Assembly (NCBI GenBank): GCA_964501905.1
Contig: CAZCTW010000006.1
Span: forward strand, 4,311 to 68,310
DNA: 64,000 nucleotides
Origin: an uncultured Thermofilaceae archaeon
GTDB lineage: Archaea; Thermoproteota; Thermoprotei; Thermofilales; B69-G16
Direction: 5' to 3'
Shown: piece by piece, positions 11,780 to 21,735 of the stretch
Position numbering within the stretch: the stretch's first letter is position 1
Layout of the letters: each line of letters begins with the position of its first letter
The notes under the pieces: model-generated
The model's input: only the letters and a program-made list of their open reading frames with translations
The model's database searches: none
What the model was told of the DNA's origin: nothing
Made by a program: the position numbers and the translations under genes

Positions 11780-11944
11780 GAGGTACTTGAAAAAGTGTTA
11801 AAATAACACTCTCGAGAAAACTCACTTTAATAGTAGTGAGAAACTATTATAATCTCTAACACATTGTTACTTGAATGGAGGTGAGCGAAGGTAAACCCTT
11901 TTAAGCTCTCGCGTAGGGAAGAGGAGTATCTAGAGGCTATATAC

Positions 11945-12337
11945 TTGCTTCTGGAGAGAAAGAAGGTGGTTAGGGTAAAGGATTTAGCGGAAATATTGGG
12001 GGTAAAGCCTGCTAGCGTGGTGAATTTCTTAGATAGACTTAGAGATAAGGAATTAGTGAGCTACGAGAAATATGGCGCGATACTTCTAACTGAGACTGGT
12101 AGGAGGATAGCACAAAGAATTTACGAGAAGCATGCAACTCTAAAGGAATTCCTAAGGGATATTCTTAAAGTTCCAGAAGATATAGCTGAAAAAGATGCCT
12201 GCTATATAGAGCACGGTATACATGAGGAGACTTTAGATAGGATAGTAAAGTTTATAGAATTCGTAAAGTCGTATTCTAGGGAAAAGGGGGATTTTCTCGA
12301 AGAATTCGAAGCTTTCTTAGGAACTAGTGCTTTTTGA
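11945..12337 (+). CDS. DtxR/MntR-family metal-dependent transcriptional repressor (5' end probably extends to 11875 across a frameshift)
   Basis: VVRVKDLAEILGVKPASVVNFLDRLRDKELV and EKHATLKEFL match the DtxR HTH and dimerisation domains. The conserved first helix (LSRREEEYLEAIY) lies in-frame upstream of the TTG at 11945 but has no start codon of its own. Confidence 0.85.
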   Translation: MLLERKKVVRVKDLAEILGVKPASVVNFLDRLRDKELVSYEKYGAILLTETGRRIAQRIYEKHATLKEFLRDILKVPEDIAEKDACYIEHGIHEETLDRIVKFIEFVKSYSREKGDFLEEFEAFLGTSAF

Positions 12338-12853
12338 TTATTTCAATAGTTCTAGCATTTTCCTCATCATTTCAGGCAACGCAGTGGGGTCAGTAGCTGT
12401 TATGAGATTACTATCTACCTCTACTTTCTCCCCAGTATACCGGGCTCCTGCGTTTACTATATCATCTTTTATAGCGTAAAATCCAGTTACCCTCTTGCCC
12501 TTAACTATACCTGTCGAGATTAAAACCCATGGTCCGTGACAGATAGCTCCGACCGGCTTCTCGCTTTCATATAACTTCTTTACGAAATTCAGTATTTTAA
12601 CGGATCTCCTGAGCCTATCCGGCGCATAGCCGCCTGGTATATAAACTGCGTCGTAATCCTCGGGGCTCACTTCATCGATACTCTTGTTAGCTTTTATGGT
12701 GTAACCCGATTTTCCATGAAAATCTCCTTTCCTAGGTCCTATGAGATCTACCTCGAAGCCCGCTTCGATAAACCTGTAGTAAGGGTATATTAGCTCTCTT
12801 TCATCGAAGTAGTCTTCTACTAAAATCGCGATTTTTCTCAATATAACCCCCAA
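12338..12853 (-). CDS. pfpI: DJ-1/PfpI family intracellular protease/deglycase
   Basis: 171 aa with the nucleophile-elbow motif AICHGPWVLI. Length is typical of PfpI. Confidence 0.9.
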   Translation of the reverse strand: MGVILRKIAILVEDYFDERELIYPYYRFIEAGFEVDLIGPRKGDFHGKSGYTIKANKSIDEVSPEDYDAVYIPGGYAPDRLRRSVKILNFVKKLYESEKPVGAICHGPWVLISTGIVKGKRVTGFYAIKDDIVNAGARYTGEKVEVDSNLITATDPTALPEMMRKMLELLK

Positions 12854-12856
12854 TTA

Positions 12857-14242
12857 CTAAACTCTTATAATCCTTATAATATCTGTCGTGCCCTCCTTAA
12901 GCCCTGCGGTAGCTATAGCCAGATCGCCGTAGGATAGCTCTCCTTGCCTCTTCAATTCTTCGATCATACCCTCCAGTGGTATTCCCTCGAATTCATTTCT
13001 ATATAAATAGGCTTTTAAACCCCATAGGATGCCCAGTTGTCTAATGACTTTAACATCTGGGCTGAAAACGTATACGTCGCTTCTAGGTCTGTAGCGGGAG
13101 ATTCTCCTAGCAGTATTTCCCCTACGGCTGTAGGCGACTATCTTCGCCTGTAGGAGGTCGGATAGTATGACTACTCCTCTAGCGAATTTATCGTATATTT
13201 GCTCTCCCACCATTTCGATTTTAACGGGTTTCTCCTCCTCCGCTTTGCCTATTATCTTCTTTAGCCACATTACGCTCTCTACAGGGTATCTGCCGACCGC
13301 AGTCTCCTCTGCTAAAAGCAGGGCGTCGACCCCTTCTCTCACGGCGTTTATAACATCTAAGACCTCCGGTCTACTGGGCAACGGGTTATTGACCATAGAT
13401 TCCATTATTTGAGTAGCCAATATCACCGGCTTGCCGTACGACCTAGAGGTTCTAACTATCATATCCTGAAGCTCCGGTATTTCCTCGAGCCCAAAGTATA
13501 TGGCTAGGTCTCCTCTAGCCACTAGCACAGCGTCGCTAACTTCAACTATCTCCTTTAAATTCTCCACAGCGCTTTTCGTCTCGATTTTAGCTATTATTTT
13601 TATATGCTCGGCGTTTTTTCTCCTCAAGATACCTCTCAAAGTTTCGACATCTCCCCGATCCCGGACGAAGGAAAGACCTATATAGTCTAGCTTATGCTCT
13701 ATGATGAACTCTATATCCCCCATATCCTTCTCGGTTATGGTAGGCAGAGGTAGATCTCTGCCCTCTATAGCAAATGTCTTTCTTTTACGTATGACTCCAT
13801 CTGTTAAAACTGTACACTTTACACTGTCCTCGCTTACGATGTCTGCTCTTAACCTTATCTTACCTCCCTCGATGAGTAGTACGTCTCCTTCGGATATTTC
13901 GGCGAAAACTCTTTGATCCGGTAGGGGGATTTCCTTAGCTTCAGCGTCTCCCCTTTCCCTATTAACGATATAGACTACTTCTCCTTTAGAAATTTTAAAA
14001 TCCTCAACCTCGCCGAGTCTAACTACAGGTCCTTGAAGATCGCCTATTATCGGGATATAGATATCCTTCTCCTCTAATCTTCTTATAATTTTCAAGGCGT
14101 TCAGTATTTCCTCTCCCCATGCGTGAGAGAAGTTTATCCTAAAACCGTTAACTCCCTCCTTTACTAAGCGTAAAATTACCTGTTCCTTCCAACAGGCCGG
14201 TCCTAAAGTAGCTATTATCTTAGTTTTTCTCACCAATCTCAC
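12857..14242 (-). CDS. pyk: Pyruvate kinase
   Basis: 461 aa. KTKIIATLGP, NFSHA, IIAKIE, MVARGDL and a C-terminal regulatory domain. Confidence 0.95.
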   Translation of the reverse strand: MRLVRKTKIIATLGPACWKEQVILRLVKEGVNGFRINFSHAWGEEILNALKIIRRLEEKDIYIPIIGDLQGPVVRLGEVEDFKISKGEVVYIVNRERGDAEAKEIPLPDQRVFAEISEGDVLLIEGGKIRLRADIVSEDSVKCTVLTDGVIRKRKTFAIEGRDLPLPTITEKDMGDIEFIIEHKLDYIGLSFVRDRGDVETLRGILRRKNAEHIKIIAKIETKSAVENLKEIVEVSDAVLVARGDLAIYFGLEEIPELQDMIVRTSRSYGKPVILATQIMESMVNNPLPSRPEVLDVINAVREGVDALLLAEETAVGRYPVESVMWLKKIIGKAEEEKPVKIEMVGEQIYDKFARGVVILSDLLQAKIVAYSRRGNTARRISRYRPRSDVYVFSPDVKVIRQLGILWGLKAYLYRNEFEGIPLEGMIEELKRQGELSYGDLAIATAGLKEGTTDIIRIIRV

Positions 14243-15202
14243 CTATTCTTGTTTGAAATAGTAAGTCCAGAGTTGGTCATCTAAATTTATATTGCTCTTA
14301 ACCTCCACCAACAGGTTAGAGTTATAGTGGGGCTCTACCCCGACGCTAGCTATAGTATCAAGTATAGCCTCTCGTATGCTCTTTTTCTTAATAAACAGCT
14401 CTTCTAGGAGTTTAGCCCCTACCTTGTCGGCATAGGGAGCCGTTACGTAGCCATCAAAGCCGAAGTAGGCTATAGCGCCCTTTTCTATGAATGCTCTGGC
14501 CATCCCCTCGGTGTAAAGTCCGTGGCAGCCAAGCACTATTATCGTTGCGTTTTTAAGCTCTACTTTTTGGGCTTTTATGAAGTTCTCTGTAAAGGCAAAA
14601 TATCCAAAGCCAAGTGGCGTTCCAGTGGCGTTTAAGGTAAAGCTTGGCAGAAGCTGTTCTAAAATAAACTGCTCCATTACGTATTTAGTCTTGTCATAGC
14701 GTTCCTGCGTGATTATTACGACGCTGCCTTTGGGTATCCTCCATCCCAGCTTGGATAAGTCGGGTGTGTAGGTCGAGTGTACTCTTAGAACTATCACTTG
14801 GTAATCAGAACCTAGGATTTCCTTATAGAAATTCACTGTTATGCTTACTAGCTTAACGTCTACTTTATCGCTCATTCCCTGTTTCTCTACTTCCTTCTTT
14901 AATTCGCGTACATACCTCTTGACTTTCTCCAGAGGTGACCCCACGTTGACCTCGGCTCCTATTCTAACGTCTACTGTGAAACCTGCATTATAGAGAATTT
15001 TTATCATTTTGAAGATTCCTTCCTTATTTGTAAAACCCGAACCGAGGGAATCTACTATAAGTGCTTTAGGAATTGATGTTTCTACTAAGTTACCGGGTTT
15101 TGGAGTAGGAGGCGTGTAAAATATGCTAAGCACAATTACGACTATGAAGAACATGAATAAGCCGAACATGACGGCGTTAAATAGGTTTAATCTCTTAACC
15201 AT
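14243..15202 (-). CDS. Hypothetical N-terminally membrane-anchored protein
   Basis: 319 aa with one N-terminal TM helix followed by a Pro-rich linker (TPPTPKPG) and an alpha/beta-looking ectodomain. Its stop directly abuts the pyk start. Confidence 0.7.
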   Translation of the reverse strand: MVKRLNLFNAVMFGLFMFFIVVIVLSIFYTPPTPKPGNLVETSIPKALIVDSLGSGFTNKEGIFKMIKILYNAGFTVDVRIGAEVNVGSPLEKVKRYVRELKKEVEKQGMSDKVDVKLVSITVNFYKEILGSDYQVIVLRVHSTYTPDLSKLGWRIPKGSVVIITQERYDKTKYVMEQFILEQLLPSFTLNATGTPLGFGYFAFTENFIKAQKVELKNATIIVLGCHGLYTEGMARAFIEKGAIAYFGFDGYVTAPYADKVGAKLLEELFIKKKSIREAILDTIASVGVEPHYNSNLLVEVKSNINLDDQLWTYYFKQE

Positions 15203-15331
15203 CGAAAGTAGTAGGATAAAGAGCCTATATATCTTTACGCTCTACAAATACAATGGTTAAAAGCTGTATAATGTGTAACAAGTAGAGGATGATGACGCGC
15301 TAGGATAGGTAAAGATTCACAATAAAGTCTT

Positions 15332-17446
15332 TTAGGTTTGTAGGACTATTTTAACGTCAACGGCTAGACAACCTTTGCCCTTCTCGTAGACGAAGACGGG
15401 GTTTAAGTCTATATCCATAATCTCGGAAAAGTCCTCCGCTAGCTTAGCTGTTCTTAGTATTATCTCAGCTACCTTGTCTATATCCGCCTCCGGCATTCCT
15501 CTAAATTCTCTCAAAAGCCTATATGCTCTGGTCTCCTGTATCATTTCGTAAACGTCTTCTATAGTTAGCGGGGCCACTCTGAACGATACATCTTTTATTA
15601 ACTCGACTAGTATCCCTCCCGAGCCAAACATTAACATGGGGCCAAAAATAGGGTCTCTATGCATTCCTATTATAACCTCTCTGCTAGGCGGGGCCATTTC
15701 CCTGACGATAATCCCCCTAATTTCGGCATTAGGAGCTTTCTTCGAAACACTGTCAATTATCTCCCTATATGCTTTAACAACCTCCTCTGCGTTCTGTATC
15801 CCTACTTTTACTCCTCCGACCTCCGTCTTGTGGAGTATGTCCGGCGATTCTATAGATAGCACGAGAGGATAGCCTATGCGCTCCGCTATTTTAACAGCTT
15901 CTTCTTCGCTTTTAGCTAGCTCCTGTTCCGGAGCGGGGATTCCATAAGCTTTAGCTACGAGAGCACTCTCATAGGGCGTTAGCGTACTCCTACCCTCTCT
16001 CTCGGCTATCTTTATGATTTCCCTCGCTCTCTCTAAGTTCACGGCAAAGGCGTGAGGCGGAGTTTCTCTCTTCTGTAGAAACCTCCAATAATTGTAGAGT
16101 GTGGCTAAAGCCGTCATAGCCCTCTCAGGGGACTCGTAACAGGGTACTCCCTCAGCCGTTAACCTCTCACATTCCTCGTAGCACTCTTCGCCTCCTATAA
16201 ACGATGCTATTACCGGTTTCTCCTCTCTGATGCTTTTTATAGCTTCTAGTATGGCGTCGCCTATTTCCCTAGGCTCGGTTTGAGCCGTGTGGCAGTAAAT
16301 TACGACTATTGAATGAACTCGGGGATCAGCTAGCAGAACCTCCAACGCGCCCTTATACCATTCCTTTGTAGCCATGCCTGTTAAGTCTATCGGGTTAAAC
16401 ACGCTGCCGAAGGGAGGCATATACTCTCTTATCTTCTCCGCCAAGTCCTCTGGTATATCCATGAGTTTTAACCCCCTCAACTCGGCCTCGTCCGTAGCCA
16501 TTACACCGGCGCCTCCTCCGTTGGTGAGCACTACTATATTCTCTCCTTTAGGCAAGGGAAGTTTCGAGAAAGCTATCGCCCAATCGAATAAGTCTGGAAA
16601 AGTAGGCGCTCGTATGACTCCGGCCTGTTTGAAAACTGCCTCGTATGCTATATCTGACCCCGCTAGAGAGCCTGTGTGCGATTTTATAGCGGCTACAGTC
16701 CTCTCGGCCTTCCCCGCTTTTAGTATTATTATCGGTTTTTTCTTAGACACTTCCCTAGCGACGCAGAAGAACTTTCTCCCCCTCGTTATGCCTTCAAGGT
16801 AGAGAGTTATAACTTTGGTGTACGGATCGTTGCCGAAAAACTCTATTAGATCCACCTCGTCTACGTCCGCCTTGTTCCCTATACTGACTAGGTCTGAAAG
16901 TCCTATGCGCTTAAGCTTGGTCCAACCCACTAGGGCTATGCCTAGAGCCCCACTTTGAGTTATAAAGGCTATATCGCCTCTATAGGGCAGGTCCTGGCAG
17001 AAGCTTGCGTTCATGCTTTTTATAGTGTCGCAGATTCCCACTATGTTAGGGCCTAAAAGCCTCATACCTCCCTTTCTAGCTATTTCTACGATTTTCCTCT
17101 CTTCCTCGACTCTACCTATTTCCTTAAAGCCTGAAGAAATTACAGCTACGGCCTTTACTCCCTTCTCCCCGCACTCTTGTAAAACCTTAGGGACTATCTT
17201 CGCCGGCACTACTATAACAGCCATGTCGACTGGATAGGGTACGTCTTTAACCGAGGGGTAGCATTTAAGCCCTAGTATGTATTCGGCGTGTGGATTAATT
17301 GGGTATATCCTGTTTTTGGGAAAACCTCCCTCCAGCAGGTTCTTCAGTACTTGATGCCCTATCTTATGAGGTTCTCTGGAAGCTCCAATAACAGCTACTG
17401 AGCTGGGCCTCAAGAGATACTTTAACTGTTTGTAGACGCTATTCAT
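15332..17446 (-). CDS. acd: Acetyl-CoA synthetase (ADP-forming), fused alpha-beta
   Basis: 704 aa with an N-terminal CoA-binding/succinyl-CoA-synthetase-like part (SVAVIGAS, ITQSGALG, HTGSLAG) and a C-terminal ATP-grasp part. Confidence 0.9.
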   Translation of the reverse strand: MNSVYKQLKYLLRPSSVAVIGASREPHKIGHQVLKNLLEGGFPKNRIYPINPHAEYILGLKCYPSVKDVPYPVDMAVIVVPAKIVPKVLQECGEKGVKAVAVISSGFKEIGRVEEERKIVEIARKGGMRLLGPNIVGICDTIKSMNASFCQDLPYRGDIAFITQSGALGIALVGWTKLKRIGLSDLVSIGNKADVDEVDLIEFFGNDPYTKVITLYLEGITRGRKFFCVAREVSKKKPIIILKAGKAERTVAAIKSHTGSLAGSDIAYEAVFKQAGVIRAPTFPDLFDWAIAFSKLPLPKGENIVVLTNGGGAGVMATDEAELRGLKLMDIPEDLAEKIREYMPPFGSVFNPIDLTGMATKEWYKGALEVLLADPRVHSIVVIYCHTAQTEPREIGDAILEAIKSIREEKPVIASFIGGEECYEECERLTAEGVPCYESPERAMTALATLYNYWRFLQKRETPPHAFAVNLERAREIIKIAEREGRSTLTPYESALVAKAYGIPAPEQELAKSEEEAVKIAERIGYPLVLSIESPDILHKTEVGGVKVGIQNAEEVVKAYREIIDSVSKKAPNAEIRGIIVREMAPPSREVIIGMHRDPIFGPMLMFGSGGILVELIKDVSFRVAPLTIEDVYEMIQETRAYRLLREFRGMPEADIDKVAEIILRTAKLAEDFSEIMDIDLNPVFVYEKGKGCLAVDVKIVLQT

Positions 17447-17525
17447 GACAACTCCCCGAAGCAGAAGGTAAACTATCTATAAATAGATAACTCATTAGTA
17501 AACGAAATCCGCCTCTCGAGCTCGG

Positions 17526-18116
17526 CTACTTCATATACCTCTCTAATAATCCCATCTTCTCTAAAAAGCCGAGCCAGTCCACTCGCCCCGGTCTATAGTT
17601 CTTCCTCTCTCTTATTATGTATAAAACTTCATCAACTACTTCCTCTAAGCTTTTCTCCGTAGCGTCTAACTCAAAGACTTTCTCTTCTCCAAAATTTGCT
17701 ATAGCGTCCACCAGGCATGAGTCTAAAATTTCGCTTTGAACATTAATTAGTATTTTTTCCTCGCTGTAGCCTCTTCTCCTTAACCTCTCCTCTAACTCTA
17801 GAGGATTCAACCTTAAAACTATGGCAAGCTCTACATATTCTGAGGGTATGACATCTACGACGTGCCCCTCTATTAGAATAAGTTCGCCGGGCTTACACTC
17901 CTCCTTCAAGGCTTTCCTCATGGCTTCGAAATCTACGTCGTAGCTATCTAGATGCTCTATATAGCGCTTTATCAGATTCTTCTCTAAAGCGAATTTGCTC
18001 AAGCTTATAAGCCTGCAACCCAACTTCTCCGCTACTTTCTCAGCTATAGTAGTTTTACCGGTACCCGGAGTCCCCGTGATAACTATTATTTTACACACGT
18101 TTCTCACGCAAGGCAT
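17526..18116 (-). CDS. Fap7/AK6-like adenylate kinase (ribosome-maturation NTPase)
   Basis: P-loop ITGTPGTGKTT near the N-terminus, about 190 aa, and the family-typical RL..RGY motif. Confidence 0.8.
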   Translation of the reverse strand: MPCVRNVCKIIVITGTPGTGKTTIAEKVAEKLGCRLISLSKFALEKNLIKRYIEHLDSYDVDFEAMRKALKEECKPGELILIEGHVVDVIPSEYVELAIVLRLNPLELEERLRRRGYSEEKILINVQSEILDSCLVDAIANFGEEKVFELDATEKSLEEVVDEVLYIIRERKNYRPGRVDWLGFLEKMGLLERYMK

Positions 18117-18223
18117 ACCTATGCTCTCAAGGTTTATATCTATACCCGCGCTGGGCTCTAGGATTATTTTCGGTCTATTCTAACGGCAAGTTTAACAAGG
18201 TTAAGCCGCTATTAGTTACCAGG

Positions 18224-19339
18224 ATGGAGCTTAGAGGCGTAGCTAAACTCCCATTGCATAGAGGCAGAGTGCCTAGGTGGCTATTTGACAGAATGGTTAA
18301 GTTAGCTGGGGCCATAGTCGAAGTTATGGTGATGGAATATGGTAGGCGTGAATTTATAAAACGGCTCTCCGACCCCTTCTGGTTCCAAGCTTTCGGCAAT
18401 GTGCTAGGTTTCGATTGGCATAGCTCGGGCGTCACTACAGTCGTGACGGGGGTTTTGAAAGAAGCTATTAATCCGGAGAAGGCGGGAATAGCCGTTTGCG
18501 GTGGTAAGGGTAAAGCTTCTCTGAGGACTCTAGAGGAGATAGAGATGTTGGCCGACATTATGGGCTTCTCTTCGAGCAAAATCAGGGAGTTTAAGCGGGC
18601 TAGCGTGCTAGCGGCTAAAGTAGACAATGCTGCTATACAGGACGGCTATAGCCTTTATCACCACGCTTTCGTTGTCTCAGAGGAGGGCTATTGGGCTATA
18701 ATTCAGCAGGGGCTTAACGTAGGGGATAAGACCGCTAGACGCTATCACTGGTTGGGCGAGAAGGTAGCGAGTTTCGTCGAAGAGCCTCATGCGTCTATAG
18801 TAGGGGATAAGAGACTAAATAGAGTTTTAAACATGACGGCTAGGGAGAGTAGAGAGGCTAGGAAGGCATCTGTAGATTTAGTTAGAGAGAATCCTTCTAA
18901 GTTAGCTTCTCTTCTCGCTAGATTGAGAGGATTTTCGACCTTGGATAGGTGGATCGGAGAAAAGGCTGAGTTTGAGGTTAAGCTCGTTAAATACTTGGAG
19001 ATGCCTTGGAGGATAAATTGGAAGGTTTTAAAGAAGATCTATGAGATACAACCGAGGAATTATGAGGAGCTTCTACAGATTAAGGGCGTGGGGCCGGCGA
19101 CCGTTAGGGGGTTGGCTCTTGTAGCCGATTTAATATATGGAGAAGAGCCGAGTTGGCGGGATCCAGTGAAGTACTCTTTTGCTTTTGGAGGTAAGGATGG
19201 AGTCCCGTACCCAGTTAATAAGAAAGCTATGGATGAAGCAATAAGCGTCTTAGAGGAAAGCATTAGACTTGCCGAGCTAGGGCACAAACAGAGATTAGAG
19301 GCTTTAAGAAGATTAAGAGCGTTTGCGGGAGAGAAGTAG
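18224..19339 (+). CDS. DUF763-family protein with C-terminal helix-hairpin-helix
   Basis: 371 aa. N-terminus LPLHRGRVPRWLFDRMVKLA...FGNVLGFDWHSSGVTTV is typical of DUF763. The HhH-like segment is LLQIKGVGPATVRGLALVA. Confidence 0.8.
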   Translation: MELRGVAKLPLHRGRVPRWLFDRMVKLAGAIVEVMVMEYGRREFIKRLSDPFWFQAFGNVLGFDWHSSGVTTVVTGVLKEAINPEKAGIAVCGGKGKASLRTLEEIEMLADIMGFSSSKIREFKRASVLAAKVDNAAIQDGYSLYHHAFVVSEEGYWAIIQQGLNVGDKTARRYHWLGEKVASFVEEPHASIVGDKRLNRVLNMTARESREARKASVDLVRENPSKLASLLARLRGFSTLDRWIGEKAEFEVKLVKYLEMPWRINWKVLKKIYEIQPRNYEELLQIKGVGPATVRGLALVADLIYGEEPSWRDPVKYSFAFGGKDGVPYPVNKKAMDEAISVLEESIRLAELGHKQRLEALRRLRAFAGEK

Positions 19340-19540
19340 CTCGGCTTTCCTAGCTATTTTAATTGCTAACCTACGGGATTTTACCTTGACGAATACCTCC
19401 GCTCCAGCATATTCTACAACAACCTCTTTGAAGAAAGCGGGCGTTCTCTCCTTAAGGGCTTCAAAGATTTCCGCCGGGACTACCACTAGGAAATAGCCGT
19501 CCGGAGTTTTCTTAGGCCCGTATTTAATCCTGCCGGCCAT
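19313..19540 (-). CDS. Hypothetical small basic protein
   Basis: 75-aa ATG ORF whose 3' end overlaps the convergent DUF763 gene by 27 nt. Composition is protein-like, but no family was recognised. Confidence 0.35.
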   Translation of the reverse strand: MAGRIKYGPKKTPDGYFLVVVPAEIFEALKERTPAFFKEVVVEYAGAEVFVKVKSRRLAIKIARKAELLLSRKRS

Positions 19541-19879
19541 ACTCCACTACTAGAATTATTACTTTGTAAGGCTCTTTTTAACCCTACCTTTCACTCATTA
19601 TCTAAATTCTTCAATTTTTCTCATTTCTTTAGACAAGTCGACCTTCAAGACACTTAAACACGATCTCGAGAACCGCCCGACTCTATGGATAAAAGCTAAA
19701 TTTAGATTGCGGCTTCAGTCTCTTCCCAATCTAACGGGTGTAAATATTGCTTTAATCTGTCATGCTCCGCTCAGATAGCCTATAGTCGTATATGTTCACT
19801 TTAAATTCTCCTTACCTATAGATATTGGAAAGATTTAATATCGACATATGACGAAAGAATATTCAACTGGTGGTGTAAA

Positions 19880-20899
19880 ATGAGCAAGAGCATTCTCGTT
19901 AAACTCGCTGAAATAGGCTCGTTGGTAGATCCTTATATGGAGAAATACTTGAAATCCACTTGTAGCAACGAATTCGAGGAAGTAGTTCTCTATCAAGTAA
20001 AAGTCGGCGGTAAGAGAGTTAGGCCTGCGCTGGTAATTCTAAGCGCCCAAGCTGCCGGTGGGAAGGTTGAAGATGCTTTGCCAATAGCCGCTGCTATAGA
20101 ACTCATCCACAATTATTCTCTAATCTTGGATGATATAATCGACAGAGGGGAGTTAAGGCGAGGGGCCCCCACAGTCTGGAAGAAGTACGGCTTAAGTATG
20201 GCTATCCTAGCTGCCGTCCATTATAGGGAAGCTGTAGCCGAAGCTATTAATGAGTCCAAACATTCCCTGAAACTACACGATTTGATAGCTAAGACTATAA
20301 AGACTCTAATTGAGGGAGAGAGGCTTGATATTCTCTTTGAACAGACCGGACGAGTGGACGAACCCTACGTTATAGAGAATAGGCGTAAAGTTGTAACTTT
20401 AGACGAATACCTTAAGATGGTTTATGCTAAAACTGGCTCTTTGATAGAAGCTTCGTGCCGCGCGGGTGGCATAGTGGCTGATGCCTCCCCTGAGATCGTG
20501 GATGCCCTCGGCGTGTACGGCAGAAATATAGGAATAGCCTTTCAGATAGCCGACGATATAATAGATATCTTTGGTAAAGAGGAAGAAATGGGCAAGACTA
20601 AAGGGAAAGATATTATTGAGCACAAAATGGGCAACATAGTGATACTTTTATCGCTAAAAGAGTTAAAGAGCAGCGACAGAGAATTTTTATCGTCTCTACT
20701 AAAGAAAGAGCCTATATCCAAGGAGGAATTAAATAAAGCTATAGAGTTAATCTCTAAGACCTCAGCCAGAGATAGAGCCTACGAGATAGGTGAAAAATAT
20801 TTAAATGAAGCTCTTGAAATGCTCGAAAAACTGCCCCAAAACGAAGCTCGCAGAGATTTAGAAGAGCTAGCCAAATTCATACTGTATAGGATGTTTTAA
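19880..20899 (+). CDS. idsA: Geranylgeranyl diphosphate synthase (short-chain trans-prenyltransferase)
   Basis: FARM LILDDIIDRGELRRG and SARM FQIADDIID. Tyr at the fifth residue before FARM (HNYSLILDD) is the chain-length determinant of archaeal type I GGPP synthases. Confidence 0.9.
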   Translation: MSKSILVKLAEIGSLVDPYMEKYLKSTCSNEFEEVVLYQVKVGGKRVRPALVILSAQAAGGKVEDALPIAAAIELIHNYSLILDDIIDRGELRRGAPTVWKKYGLSMAILAAVHYREAVAEAINESKHSLKLHDLIAKTIKTLIEGERLDILFEQTGRVDEPYVIENRRKVVTLDEYLKMVYAKTGSLIEASCRAGGIVADASPEIVDALGVYGRNIGIAFQIADDIIDIFGKEEEMGKTKGKDIIEHKMGNIVILLSLKELKSSDREFLSSLLKKEPISKEELNKAIELISKTSARDRAYEIGEKYLNEALEMLEKLPQNEARRDLEELAKFILYRMF

Positions 20900-20951
20900 A
20901 ACCTCTACTCTAATTTTTAATTGTACAAAAGTCTACGCCAGCGGTGTTTAA

Positions 20952-21734
20952 ATGGAGCTTATAATAGTGAAGCTTGGTGGTTCCGCTATAACCGACAAAA
21001 ATAAAAAATACTCACCTAGACACGATGTAATAGAAAACGTAGCCCGCGACGTTAAAAAATTGAGCGAAAAATACAAGTTAATTCTAATCCACGGAGGCGG
21101 CAGCTTCGGGCACCCGGTAGCTAAAGAATACGAGATACATAGAGGCTACTTCTCCGAAAAGCAACTTTTAGGGTACAGTAAGGTGAGGTATTATATGACT
21201 ATGCTTAATCAGATAATTCTTGAGAAACTAATAAAAGCCGGAGTTCCAGCCGTAACCCTCCATACTTCAAACATAATTACTGCTCGCGGAGGGAAGATAT
21301 ACTCTTTCTATGATGATAAACTTTTAAAGTACATGAACTTGGGCATGGTGCCAGTTTTATACGGAGATGCTGTACTCGATGTAGAGAAAGGCTTCACTAT
21401 AGTTTCGGGAGATCAAATAGCTTCCTATCTAGCTTTAAAATTGAGACCTTGGAAGGTTGTTTTAGGCACTGACGTAGACGGCATCTATTCCGGAGATCCC
21501 AAGAGAGAGCCTCGAGCTAAGCTAATCCCCGTTTTATCAATTTCCGAGATAGAATATATCAAGACTGAATGTCCAGAAGTAGACGTAACAGGGGGGATTT
21601 TAGCTAAGATATTGGAAATGAGGGATGTAGTAGAGGAAGGCATACCTGTAGTGATAGGAAACATAACTGTAGCAGGCGGGCTTTTAAATCTGGTAGAAGG
21701 GGAAATGCCTAAATACACGAGATTAGTACTATAA
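20952..21734 (+). CDS. ipk: Isopentenyl phosphate kinase
   Basis: 260 aa, amino-acid-kinase fold. IVKLGGSAITDK, HGGGSFGH and VSGDQI are typical of archaeal IPK. Confidence 0.9.
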   Translation: MELIIVKLGGSAITDKNKKYSPRHDVIENVARDVKKLSEKYKLILIHGGGSFGHPVAKEYEIHRGYFSEKQLLGYSKVRYYMTMLNQIILEKLIKAGVPAVTLHTSNIITARGGKIYSFYDDKLLKYMNLGMVPVLYGDAVLDVEKGFTIVSGDQIASYLALKLRPWKVVLGTDVDGIYSGDPKREPRAKLIPVLSISEIEYIKTECPEVDVTGGILAKILEMRDVVEEGIPVVIGNITVAGGLLNLVEGEMPKYTRLVL

Positions 21735-21735
21735 C

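Noticed and set aside
15289-15295. ATGATGA C-box-like heptamer in the spacer between two minus-strand genes (possible second C/D sRNA).
   Set aside because: There is no CTGA D or D' box at the required ~12-nt spacing on either strand.
18175-18627. Long ORFs antisense to confident genes. Examples are 18175-18627(-), 24253-24708(-), 16374-16802(+), 2943-3371(+), 10889-11287(-), 40780-41277(+), 43420-43803(-), 50348-50692(+) and 59309-59668(-).
   Set aside because: Each lies entirely inside a gene with strong family motifs on the opposite strand. Their translations are low-complexity S/P/L/T-rich sequences typical of shadow ORFs. None has recognisable motifs.
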